Shown in pieces: positions 53,291 to 64,000 of a DNA stretch of 64,000 nt (position 1 is the first letter of the stretch; the number at the start of each line of letters is the position of its first letter). This stretch comes from the human T2T-CHM13v2.0 reference genome, Homo sapiens: NCBI RefSeq assembly GCF_009914755.1, contig NC_060933.1, one strand, 5' to 3'. Under the pieces are notes generated by a model that was not told the DNA's origin, made no database searches, and saw only the letters and a program-made list of their open reading frames with translations. The position numbers and the translations under genes are program-made.

Positions 53291-56200
53291 ATGGAATGGA
53301 ATGGAATTGAATGGAATCAACCCGATTGCAATGGAATGGAGTGGAATGGAATGGAATGGAATGGAACAACCCGAATGGAATGGAATGTAATGGAGAGTAA
53401 GGGAGTTGAATAGAATCAATCCGAATGTAATGGAATGGAATGGAACGGAATGGAATTGAATGGAATGGAATGGAATGCAATGGAATGGAATCAACCCGAG
53501 TGCAATGGAATGGAGAGGAATGGAATGGAATGCAATGGAAACTACCCGAATGGAATGTAATGGAGTGTAAGGGAATTGAATAGAATCAATCCGAATGTAA
53601 TGGAATGGAATGCAACGGAATGGAGTGGAATGGAATGGAATGGAATGGAATGGAATGCAATGGAATGGAATCACCCCCAGTGCAATCAAATGGAATCGAA
53701 TGGAATGGAATGCAATGGAATGGATTCAACTTGAATGGAATGGAAAGAATGGAATCAACACGAGTGGAATGGCATGGATTGGAATGGAATGGAATGGAAT
53801 CAACCCGAGTACAGGGGAATGGAATGGAATGGAATGCAATGGAATGGAATCAACCGTAATGGAATGGAAAGGAATGGAATAGAATGGAATGGAATGGAAT
53901 GGAGTGGAATGGAATGGAATGGAATCAAATCGATTGCAATCGAATGGAATGGAATGGAATTAACCCGAATAGAATGGAATGGAATGGAATGGAACGGAAC
54001 GGAATGGAATGGAATGGAATGGAATGGAATGGAACGGAATGGAACGCAACGGAATGGAATGGAATGGAATGGAATCAACGCGAGTGCAGGGGAATGGAAT
54101 GGAATGGAATGCAATGGAATGGAATCTTCCGGAATGGAATGGAATGGAATGGAATGGAATGAAATGCAATGGAGTCAAATCGATTGCAATCGAATGGAAT
54201 AGAATGGAATGGAATGGAATGGAATGGAATTAATCCGAATAGAATGGAATGGAATGCAATGGAACGGAATGGAACGGAATGGAATGGAATGGAATGGAAT
54301 GGAATTGTATGGAATGGAATGGAATGGTACGGAATAGAATGGAATGGAACGAATTGAAATGGAATGGAATTGAATGGAATGGAATGGAATGCAATGGAAT
54401 CAACGCGAGTGCAGGGGAATGTAATGGAAAGGAATGCAATGGAATGGAATCATCCGGAATGGAATGGAATGGAATGGAATGGAATGGAATCAACCCGAGT
54501 GCAATGCAATGGAGTGGAATGGAATGGAATGGAATGGAACAACCAGAATGGAATGGAATGTAATGGAGAGTAAGGGAGTTGAATAGAATCAATCCGAAAG
54601 TAATGGAATGGAATGGAACGGAATGGAATGGAATGGAATGGAATGGAATGGAATGGAATGGAATCAACTCGATTGCAATCGAACGGAATGGAATGGAATT
54701 AACCCGAATAGAATGGAATGGAATGGAATGGAACGGAACGGAACGGAATGGAATGGATTGGAATGGAATGGAATGGAATGGAATGGAACGGAAAGGAATG
54801 GAATGGAATGGAATGGAATGGAATGGAATGGAATGGAATGGAATCAACGCGAGTGCAGGGGAATGGAATGGAATGGAATGCAATGGAATGGAATCTTCCG
54901 GAATGGAATGGAATGGAATGGAATGGAATGGAATGGAATGGAATAAACCCGAGTGCATGGGAATGGAATGGAATGGAATGCAATGGAATGGAATCAACCC
55001 GAGTGCAATGGAATGGAGTGGAATGGAATGGAATGGAATGGAACAACCCGAATGGAATGGAATGTAATGGAGAGTAAGGGAGTTGAATAGAATCAATCCG
55101 AATGTAATGGAATGGAATGGAAAGGAATGGAATTGAATGGAATGGAATGGACTGCAATGGAATGGAATCAACCCGAGTGTAATGGAATGGAGAGGAATGG
55201 AATGGAATGCAATGGAAACTACCCAAATGGAATGTAATGGAGTGTAAGGGAATTGAATAGAATCAATCCGAATGTAATGGAATGGAATGGAACGGAATGG
55301 AATGGAATGGAATGGAATGGAATGGAATGCAATGGAATGGAATCAACCCGAGTGCAGGGGAATGTAATGGAACGGAATGCAATGGAATGGAATCATCCGG
55401 AATGGAATGGAATGGAATGGAATGGAATCAACCCGAGTGCAATGGAATGGAGTGGAATGGAATGGAATGGAATGGAACAACCCGAATAGAATGGAATTTA
55501 ATGGAGAGTAAGGGAGTTGAAAAGAATCAATCCGAATGTAATGGAATGGAATGGAACGGAATGGAATGGAATGGAATGGAATGGAATGGAATGCAATGGA
55601 ATGGAATAAACCCGAGTACAATGGAATGGAATGGAATGGAATGGAATGGAATGGAATGGAATGGAATGCAATGGAATGGAATCTTCCGGAATGGAATGGA
55701 ATGGAATGGAATGGAATCCAATGGATTCAAATCGATTGCAATGGAATGGAATAGAATGGAATGGAATGGAATGGAATGGAATGGAATTAAACCGAATAGA
55801 ATGGAATGGAATGGAATGGAACGGAATGGACCGGAACGGAACGGAACGGACTGGAATGGAATGGAATGGAATTGTATGCAATGGAATGGAATGGTACGGA
55901 ATAGAATGGAATGGAAAGAATTGGAATGGAATGGAATCGAATGGAATGGAATGGAATGGAATGGAATCAACCCGAGTGCAGGGGAATGAAATGGAACGGA
56001 ATGCAATGGAATGGAATCATCCGGAATGGAATGGAATGGAATGGAATGGAATGGAATGGAATGGAATCAATCCGAGTGCAATGGAATGGAGTGGAATGGA
56101 ATGGAATGGAATGGAACAACCCGAATGGAATGGAATGTAATGGAGAGTAAGGGAGTTGAAGAGAATCAATCCGAATGAAATGGAATGGAATGCAACGGAA

Positions 56201-58290
56201 TGGAATGGAATGGAATGGAATGGAATGGACTGGAATGGAATGGAATGGAATGGAATGGAATGCCTTCAAACCGAATGGAATGGAAAGGAATGAAATCAAC
56301 ACGAGTGGAATGGAATGGAATGGAATGGAATGGAATGATATGGAATAGAATGGAATGGAACGAAATGGAATGGAATGGAATGGAATGGAATGGAATGGAA
56401 TGGAATGGAATGGAATCGTTCCGAGTAGAATAGGAGGGAATGTATTCGAGTGGAATGGAAAGGAATGGAATCAACCAGAGTGGAATGGAAGGGAATGGAA
56501 TGGAATGGAAACTAATAGAATGGAATCAACCCGAGTGGAATGGAATGGAAAGGACTGGAATGGAAAGGAATGGAATTGAATGGAATGGAATGGAATGGAA
56601 TGGAATCAACGCGAGTGCAGGGGAATGGAATGGAATGGAATGGAATGGAATGGAATGGAATTTAATCAACCCGAGTGCAGGGGAATGTAATGGAACGGAA
56701 TGCAATGGAATGGAATCATCCGGAATGGAATGCAATGGAATGGAATGGAATCAACCCGAGTGCCATGGAATGGAGTGGAATGGAATGGAATTGAATGGAA
56801 CAATCCGAATGGAATGGAATGTAATGGAGAGTAAGGGAGTTGAAAAGAATCAATCCGAATGTAATGGAATGGAACGGAATGGAATGGAATGGAATGGAAT
56901 GGAATGGAATGGAATGAAATGGAATGGAATGCAATGGAATGGAATCAACCCGAGTACAATGGAATGGAATGGAATGGAATGGAATGGAATGGAATGGAAT
57001 GGAATGGAATGGAATGGAATGATACTGAACAGAATGGAATGGAACGAAATGGAATGGAATGGAATGGAATGGAATGGAATGGAATGGAATCGTTCCGAGT
57101 GGAATAGGAGGGAATGTATTCGAGTGGAATGGAAAGGAATGGAATCAACCAGAGTGGAATGGAAGGCAATGGAATGGAATGGAAACTAATAGAATGGAAT
57201 CAACCCGAGTGGAATGGAATGGAAAGGACTGGAATGGAATGGAATGGAATGGAATCAACTCGATTGTAATGGAATGGAATGGAATGGAATGGAATGGAAT
57301 GGAATGGAATGGAATGGAATCAATCCGAGTGCAATGGAATGGAGAGGAATGGAATGGAATGGAATGGAAACTACCTGAATGGAATGGAATGGAATGGAGA
57401 GTAAGGGAGTTGAATAGAATCAATCCGAATGTAACGGAATTGAATGGAACGGAATGGAATTGAATGGAATGGAATGGAATGCAATGGAATGGAATCAACC
57501 CGAGTGCAATGGAATGGAGAGGAATGGAATGGAATGGAATGGAAACTACCCGAATGGAATGGAATGTAATGGAGTGTAAGGGAATTGAATAGAATCAATC
57601 CGAATGTAATGGAATGGAATGCAACGGAATGGCATGGAATGGAATGGAATGGAATGGAATGGAATGGAATGGAATGGAATGGAATTGTACGGAATAGAAT
57701 GGAATGGAAAGAATTGGAATGGAATGGAATCGAATGGAATGGAATGGAATGGAATCAACCCGAGTGCAGGGGAATGTAATGGAACGGAATGTAATGCAAT
57801 GGAATCATCCGGAATGGAATGGAATGGAATGGAATGGAATGGAATGGAATGGAACCAACTCGATTGTGATGGAATGGAATGGAATGGAATGGAATGGAAT
57901 GGAATGGAATGGAATGGAATGGAATTAACCCGAATACAATGGAATGCAACGGAATGGAACGGAATGGAGTGGAATGGAATGGAATCAACCCGAGTGCAGG
58001 GGAATGGAATGGAATGAAATGCAATGGAATGGAATCATCCGGAATGGAATGGAATGGAATGGAATGCAAAGCAATGGAATCAACTCGATTGCAATGGAAT
58101 GGAATGGAATGGAAAGGAATACATTGGAATCAACCCGAGTGGAATGGAATGGAAAGGACTGGAATGGAGTGGAATGGAATGGAATGGAATGGAATGGAAT
58201 CAACTCGATTGAAATGGAATGGAATGGAATGGAATGGAATGGAATGGAATGGAATTAACCCGAATAGATTGCAATGGAATGGAATGGAAT

Positions 58291-58320
58291 GGAACGGAAC
58301 GGAACGGAACGGAACGGAAC
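58291..58320 (+). repeat. (GGAAC)6 variant-pentamer tract
   Basis: Six consecutive GGAAC units read directly. Confidence 0.95.
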
Positions 58321-60714
58321 GGAATGGAATGGAATGGAATGGAATCAACCCGAGTGCAGGGGAATGGAATGGAATGGAAGGCAATGGAATGACATCATTC
58401 GGAATTGAATGGAATGGAATGGAATGGAATGCAATCAACTCGATTGAAATGGAATGGAATGGAATGGAATGGAATGGAATGGAATGAAAGTGAATGGAAT
58501 GGAATGTAATGAAACCGAGTGCAGGGGAATGGAATGGAATGGAATGCAATGGAATGGAGTCATCCGGAATGGAACGGAATGGAATGGAATGGAATCAACC
58601 CGAGTGCAATGGAATGGAATGGAATGGAAAGGAATGGAATGGAATGGACTCAACCCGAATGGAATGGAAAGGAATGGAATCAACCCGAGTGCAGTGGAAT
58701 GGAATTGAATGGAATGCAATGGAGTGGATTCAACTTGAATGGAATGGAAAGAATGGAATCAACACCAGTGGAATGGCATGGATTGGAATGGAATGGAATG
58801 GAATCAACCCGAGTACAGGGGAATGGAATGTAATGGAATGCAATGGAATGGAATCATCCGTAATGGAATGGAAAGGAATGGAATGCAATGGAATGGAATG
58901 GAATGGAATGGAATGGAATGGAATGGAATGGAATCAACTCGATTGCAGTCGAATGGAATGGAATGGAATTAACCCCAATAGAATGGAATGGAATGGAATG
59001 GAACGGAACGGAAGGGAACGGAACGGAATGGAATGGAATGCAATGGAATGGAACGGAAAGGAATGGAATGGAATGGAATGGAATCGAATGGAATGGAATG
59101 GAATCAACGCGAGTGCAGGGGAATAGAATGGAATGGAATGCAATGGAATGGAATCTTCCGGAATGGAATGGAATGGAATGGAATGGAATGGAATTAACCC
59201 GAATAGAATGGAATGGAATGGAATGCAACGGAACGGAATGGAATGGAATGGAATGGAACGGAACGGAATGGAATGGAATGGAATGGAATGGAATGGAATG
59301 GAATGGAATGGAATCAACGAGAGTGCAGGGAATGGAAAGTAATGGAATGCAATGGAATGGAATCTTCCGGAATGGAATGGAATGGAATGGAATGGAATCA
59401 ACCCGAGTGGAATGGAATGGAATGGAATGCAAGAACCCGAATGGAATGGAATGTAATGGAGTGTAAGGGAGTTGAATAGAATCAATCCGAATGTAATGGA
59501 ATGGAATGGAATGGAACGGAATGGAATTGAATGGAATGGAATGGAATGCAATGGAATGGAATCAACCCGAATGCAATGGAATGGAGAGGAATGGAATGGA
59601 ATGGAGTGGAAACTACCCGAATGGAATGGAATGTAATGGAGTGTAAGGGAATTGAATAGAATCAAAGCGAATGTAATGGAAAGGAATGGAACTGAATGGA
59701 ATGGAATGGAATGGAATGGAATGGAATGGAATGGAATGCAATGGAATGGAATCAACCCGAGTGCAATCGAATGGAATCGAATGGAATGGAATGCAATGGA
59801 ATGGAATCAACTCGATTGCAATCGAATGGAATGGAATGGAATTAACCCGAATAGAATGGAATGGAACGGAATGGAAAGGAACGGAATCGAATGGAATGGA
59901 ATGGAATGGAATGGAACGGAATGGAATGGAATGGAATCAACGCGAGTGCAGGGGAATGTAATGGAACGGAATGCAATGGAATGAAATCATCCGGAATGGA
60001 ATGGAATGGAATGGAATGGAATGGAATCAACCCGAGTGCAATGGAATGGAGTGGAATGGAATGGAATGGAATGGAACAACCCGAATGGAATGGAACGTAA
60101 TGGAGAGTAAGGGAGTTGAATAGAATCAATCCGAATGTAATGGAATGGAATGCAACGGAATGGAAAGGAATGGAATGCAATGGAATGCAATCAACCCGAG
60201 TACAATGGAATGGAATGGAATGGAATGGAATGGAATGGAATGGAATGGAATGGAATGGAATCAACCCGAGTGCAATGGAATGGAGTGGAATGGAATTGAA
60301 TGGAATGGAACATCCCGAATGGAATGGAATGTAATGGAGAGTAAGGGAGTTGAATAGAATCAATCCGAATGTAATGGAATGGAATGGAAAGGAATGGAAT
60401 GGAATGGAATGGAATGGAATGCAATGGAATGGAATCAACCCGAGTACAATGGAACGGAATGGAATGTAATGTAATGGAATGGAATGGAATGGAATGGAAT
60501 GGAATGGAATCAACCCGAGTGCAATGGAATGGAGAGGAATGGAATGGAATGGAATGGAATGGAATGGCTTCAAACCGAATGGAATGGAAAGGAATGGAAT
60601 CAACACGAGTGGAATGGAATAGAATGGAATGGAATGGAATGGAATGGAATGGTATGGAATAGAATGGAATGGAAAGAAATGGAATGGAATGGAATGGAAT
60701 GGAATGGAATGGAA

Positions 60715-61060
60715 TGGAATCGTTCCGAGTAGAATAGGAGGGAATGTATTCGAGTGGATTGGAAAGGAATGGAATCAACCAGAGTGGAATGGAAGGGAAT
60801 GGAATGTAATGGAAACTAATAGAATGGAATCAACCTGAGTGGAATGGAATGGAAAGGACTGGAATGGAATGGAATGGAATGGAATGGAATGGAATGGAAT
60901 CGTTCCGAGTAGAATAGGAGGGAATGTATTCGAGTGGATTGGAAAGGAATGGAATCACCAGAGTGGAATGGAAGGGAATGGAATGGAATGGAAACTAATA
61001 GAATGGAATCAACCTGAGTGGAAAGGAATGGAAAGGACTGGAATGGAATGGAATGGAATG
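60715..61060 (+). repeat. 180-bp local tandem duplication of the CGTTCCGAGT...GGAGGGAATGTATTCG module
   Basis: CGTTCCGAGTAGAATAGGAGGGAATGTATTCGAGTGGATTGG is identical at 60,721 and 60,901. Both copies carry the variants GTGGATTGG and CAACCTGAGT. Confidence 0.9.
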
Positions 61061-64000
61061 GAATGGAATGGAATGGAATGAACTCGATTGTAATGGAATG
61101 GAATGGAATGGAATGGAATGGAATGGAATTAACCCAAATACAATGGAATGGAATGGAATGGAACGGAATGGAGTGGAATGGAATGGAATCAACCCGAGTG
61201 CAGGGGAATGGAATGGAATGGAATGCAATGGAATGGAATCATCCGGAATGGAATGGAATGTAATGGAATGCAAAGCAATGGAATCAACACGATTGCAATG
61301 GAATGGAATGGACTGGAAAGGAATACATTGGAATCAACCCGAGTGGAATGGAATGGAAAGGACGGGAATGGAGTGGAATGGAATGGAATGGAATGGAATG
61401 GAATGGAATCAACTCGATTGGAATGGAATGGAATGGAATGGAATGGAATGGAATGGAATTAACCCGAATAGAATGGAATGGAATTAAATGGAACGGAACG
61501 GAATGGAATGGAATGGAATGGAATGGAATGGAATGGAATGGAATGGAATCAACCCGACTGCAGGGGAATGGAATGGAATGGAATGCAATGGAATGGATTC
61601 AACTTGAATGGAATGGAAAGAATGGAATCAACACGAGTGGAATGGCATGGATTGGAATGGAATGGAATGGAATCAACCCGAATACAGGGGAATGGAATGG
61701 AATGGAATGCAATGGAATGGAATCATCCGTAATGGATTATAAAGGAATGGAATGGAAAGGAATGGAATGGAACGGAATGGAATGGAATGGAATCAACTCG
61801 ATTGCAATCGAATGGAATGGAATGGAATTAACCCGAATAGAATGGAATGGAATGGAATGGAATGGAACGGAATGGAATGGAATGGAATGGAATAGAATGG
61901 AATGGAACGGAAAGGAATGGAATGGAATGGAATGGAATGGAATGGAATCAACGCGAGTGCAGGGGAATGATATGTAATGGAATGCAATGGAATAGAATCT
62001 TCCGGAATGGAATGGAATGGAATGGAGTGGAATCAACACGAGTGTAATAGAATGGAGTGGAATGGAATGGAATGGAATGGAACAACCCTAATGGAATGGA
62101 ATGTAATGGAGAGTAAGGGAGTTGAATAGAATCATTCCGAATGAAATGGAATGGAATGGAACGGAATGGAATTGAATGGAATGGAATGGAATGCAATGGA
62201 ATGGAATCATCCCGAGTGCAATGGAATGGATAGGAATGGAATGGAATGGAATGGAAACTAACCGAATGGAATGGAATGTAATGGAGTGTAAGGGAATTGA
62301 GTAGAATCAATCCGAATGGAATGGAATGGAATGGAATGGAATGGAATGGAATGGAATGGAATCAACCCGAGTGCAATCGAATGGAATCGAATGGAATGCA
62401 ATGCAATGGAATGGATTCAAATTGAATGGAATGGAAAGAATGGAATCAACACGAGTGGAATGGCACGGATTGGAATGGAATGGAATGGAATCAACCCGAG
62501 TACAGGGGAATGGAATGGAATGGAATGCAATGGAATGGAACCAAACCGAGTACAATGGAATGGAATGGAATGGAATGGAATGGAATGGAATGGAATGGAA
62601 TGATACGGAACAGAATGGAATGGAACGAAATGGAATGGAAGGGAATGGAATGGAATGGAATGGAATGGAATCGTTCCTAGTGGAATAGGAGGGAATGTAT
62701 TCGAGTGGAATGGAAAGGAATGGAATCAACCAGAGTGGAATGGAAGGGAATGGAATGGAATGGAAACTAATAGAATGGAATGAACCCGAGTGGAATGGAA
62801 TGGAAAGGACTGGAATGGAATGGAATGGAATGGAATCAACTCGATTGTAATGGAATGGAATGGAATGGAATGGAATGGAATGGAATTAACCCGAATACAA
62901 TGGAATGGAATGGAATGGAGTGGAACGGAATGGAATCAACCCGAGTGCAGGGGAATGGAATGGAAAGGAATGCAATGGAATGGAATCATCCGGAATGGAA
63001 TGGAATGGAATGGAATGCAAAGCAATGGAATCAACTCGATTGCAATGGAATGGAATGGAATGGAACGGAATACATTGGAAACAACCCGAGTGGAATGGAA
63101 TGGAAAGGACTGGAATGGAGTGGAATGGAATGGAATGCAATTGAATGGAATGGAATGGAATGGAATCAACCCGACTGCAGGGGATTTGAATGGAATGGAA
63201 TGCAATGGAATGGATTCAACTTGAATGGAATGGAAAGAATGGAATGAACACGAGTGGAATGGCATGGATTGTCATGGAATGGAATGGAATCAACCCTAGT
63301 ACAGGGGAATGGAATGGAATGGAATGCAATGGAATGGAATCATCCGTAATGGAATGGAAAGGAATGGAATGGAATGGAATGGAATGGAATGGAATGGAAT
63401 GGAATCAACTCGATTGCAATCGAATGGAATGGAATGGAATTAACCCGAATAGAATGGAATGGAATGGAATGGAACGGAACGGAACGGAAAGGAATGGAAT
63501 GGAATGGAATGGAATGGAATGGAATGCAACGGAAAGGAATGGAATGGAATGGAATGGAATGGAATGGAATGGAATGGAATGGAATGGAATCAACGCGAGT
63601 GCAGGGGAATGGAATGGAATGGAATGCAATGGAATGGAATCTTCCGGAATGGAATGGAATTGAATGGAATGGAATAGAATGGAATGGAATCAACCCGAGT
63701 GCAATGGAATGCAGTGGAATGGAATGGAATGGAATGGAACAACACGAATGGAATGGAATGTAATGGAGACTAAGGGAGTTGAATAGAATCAATCCGAATG
63801 TAATGGAATGGAAAGGAACGGAATGGAATTGAATGGAATGGAATGGGATGCAATGGAATGGAATCGACCCGAGTGCAATCGATTGGAATCGAATGGAATG
63901 GAATGCAATGGAAAGTATTCAACTTGAATGGAATGGAAAGAATGGAATCAACACGAGTGGAAGGGCATGGATTCGAATACAATGGAATGGAATCAACCCG

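Larger units (their letters stand above)
13090..64000 (+). repeat. HSat3 satellite array, right arm: (GGAAT)n on +
   Basis: Continuous GGAAT pentamers with CAACCCGAGT/CAACCCGAAT/CAACTCGATT/TAACCCGAAT spacers. The same module vocabulary as the left arm appears reverse-complemented. The array runs off the window end. Confidence 0.97.
49650..64000 (+). repeat. HSat3 'type 2' sequence domain (also at 44,905-46,850 and, inverted, at ~1-650 and ~2,050-4,390)
   Basis: Diagnostic motifs GAGAGTAAGGGAGTTG, AATCTTCCGG, CAACGCGAGT, GATTCAACTTGAATGGAATGGAAAGAATGG, GCAATCGAAT and GGAACAACCCG are common here and essentially absent from 5,620-44,900. The label is mine and is not an official subfamily name. 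Confidence 0.8.

Noticed and set aside
1-64000. Hundreds of ORFs encoding poly-(MEWNG) or poly-(FHSIP), up to 375-377 aa (9,148-10,275 +; 21,204-22,337 -)
   Set aside because: Pure GGAAT/ATTCC repeats have no stop codon in any frame, so long ORFs occur in all six frames by construction. There are no domains, splice structure or promoter context. The G-strand peptide matches the pentapeptide repeat reported for SCA31 (UGGAA)n RNA, but nothing here shows translation.
1-64000. CRISPR-like appearance of a conserved CAACCCGAGT motif separated by variable stretches
   Set aside because: The intervening sequences are GGAAT runs rather than unique spacers, the repeat is only ~10 bp, and there are no cas genes or leader.
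1-64000. Specific chromosome or subfamily assignment (e.g. chr9q12 versus acrocentric short arms) and species
   Set aside because: The features are compatible with several human or ape HSat3 arrays. Assignment needs a k-mer or alignment search that I cannot run.
1-64000. Embedded Alu/L1/LTR, alpha satellite, telomeric repeats or CENP-B boxes
   Set aside because: I found no stretch that departs from the pentamer framework for more than a few tens of bases, and no poly(A) tails or target-site duplications. The longest A runs are 6-7 nt (~25,835 and ~28,838).

Overview
The whole 64 kb window is one pentameric satellite array, (GGAAT/CATTC)n, interspersed with CAACCCGA(G/A)T-type decamers. This is the signature of human/hominoid Satellite 3 (HSat3) pericentromeric heterochromatin. 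I see no credible genes, RNA genes, transposons or CRISPR arrays, and no support for a new protein-coding system: the ORFs are poly-(MEWNG)/poly-(FHSIP) translations of the pentamer. The information is in the architecture. (1) There is one sharp strand switch at ~13,088-13,090 with only CC microhomology. (2) The left arm is a reshuffled mosaic of inverted paralogs of blocks up to ~43 kb to the right. (3) A young, near-identical 4 x ~3.76 kb nested repeat spans 29,667-44,761, and the right end of a separate 3.74/3.57 kb tandem repeat spans 1-5,618. (4) Two interleaved sequence subtypes of HSat3 are present. (5) There are many 90-220 bp local duplications. (6) Pentamer-register slips are almost all in one direction (-1). 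All alignments were made by eye using private variants and ORF-track offsets, so boundaries are approximate unless a junction motif is quoted.
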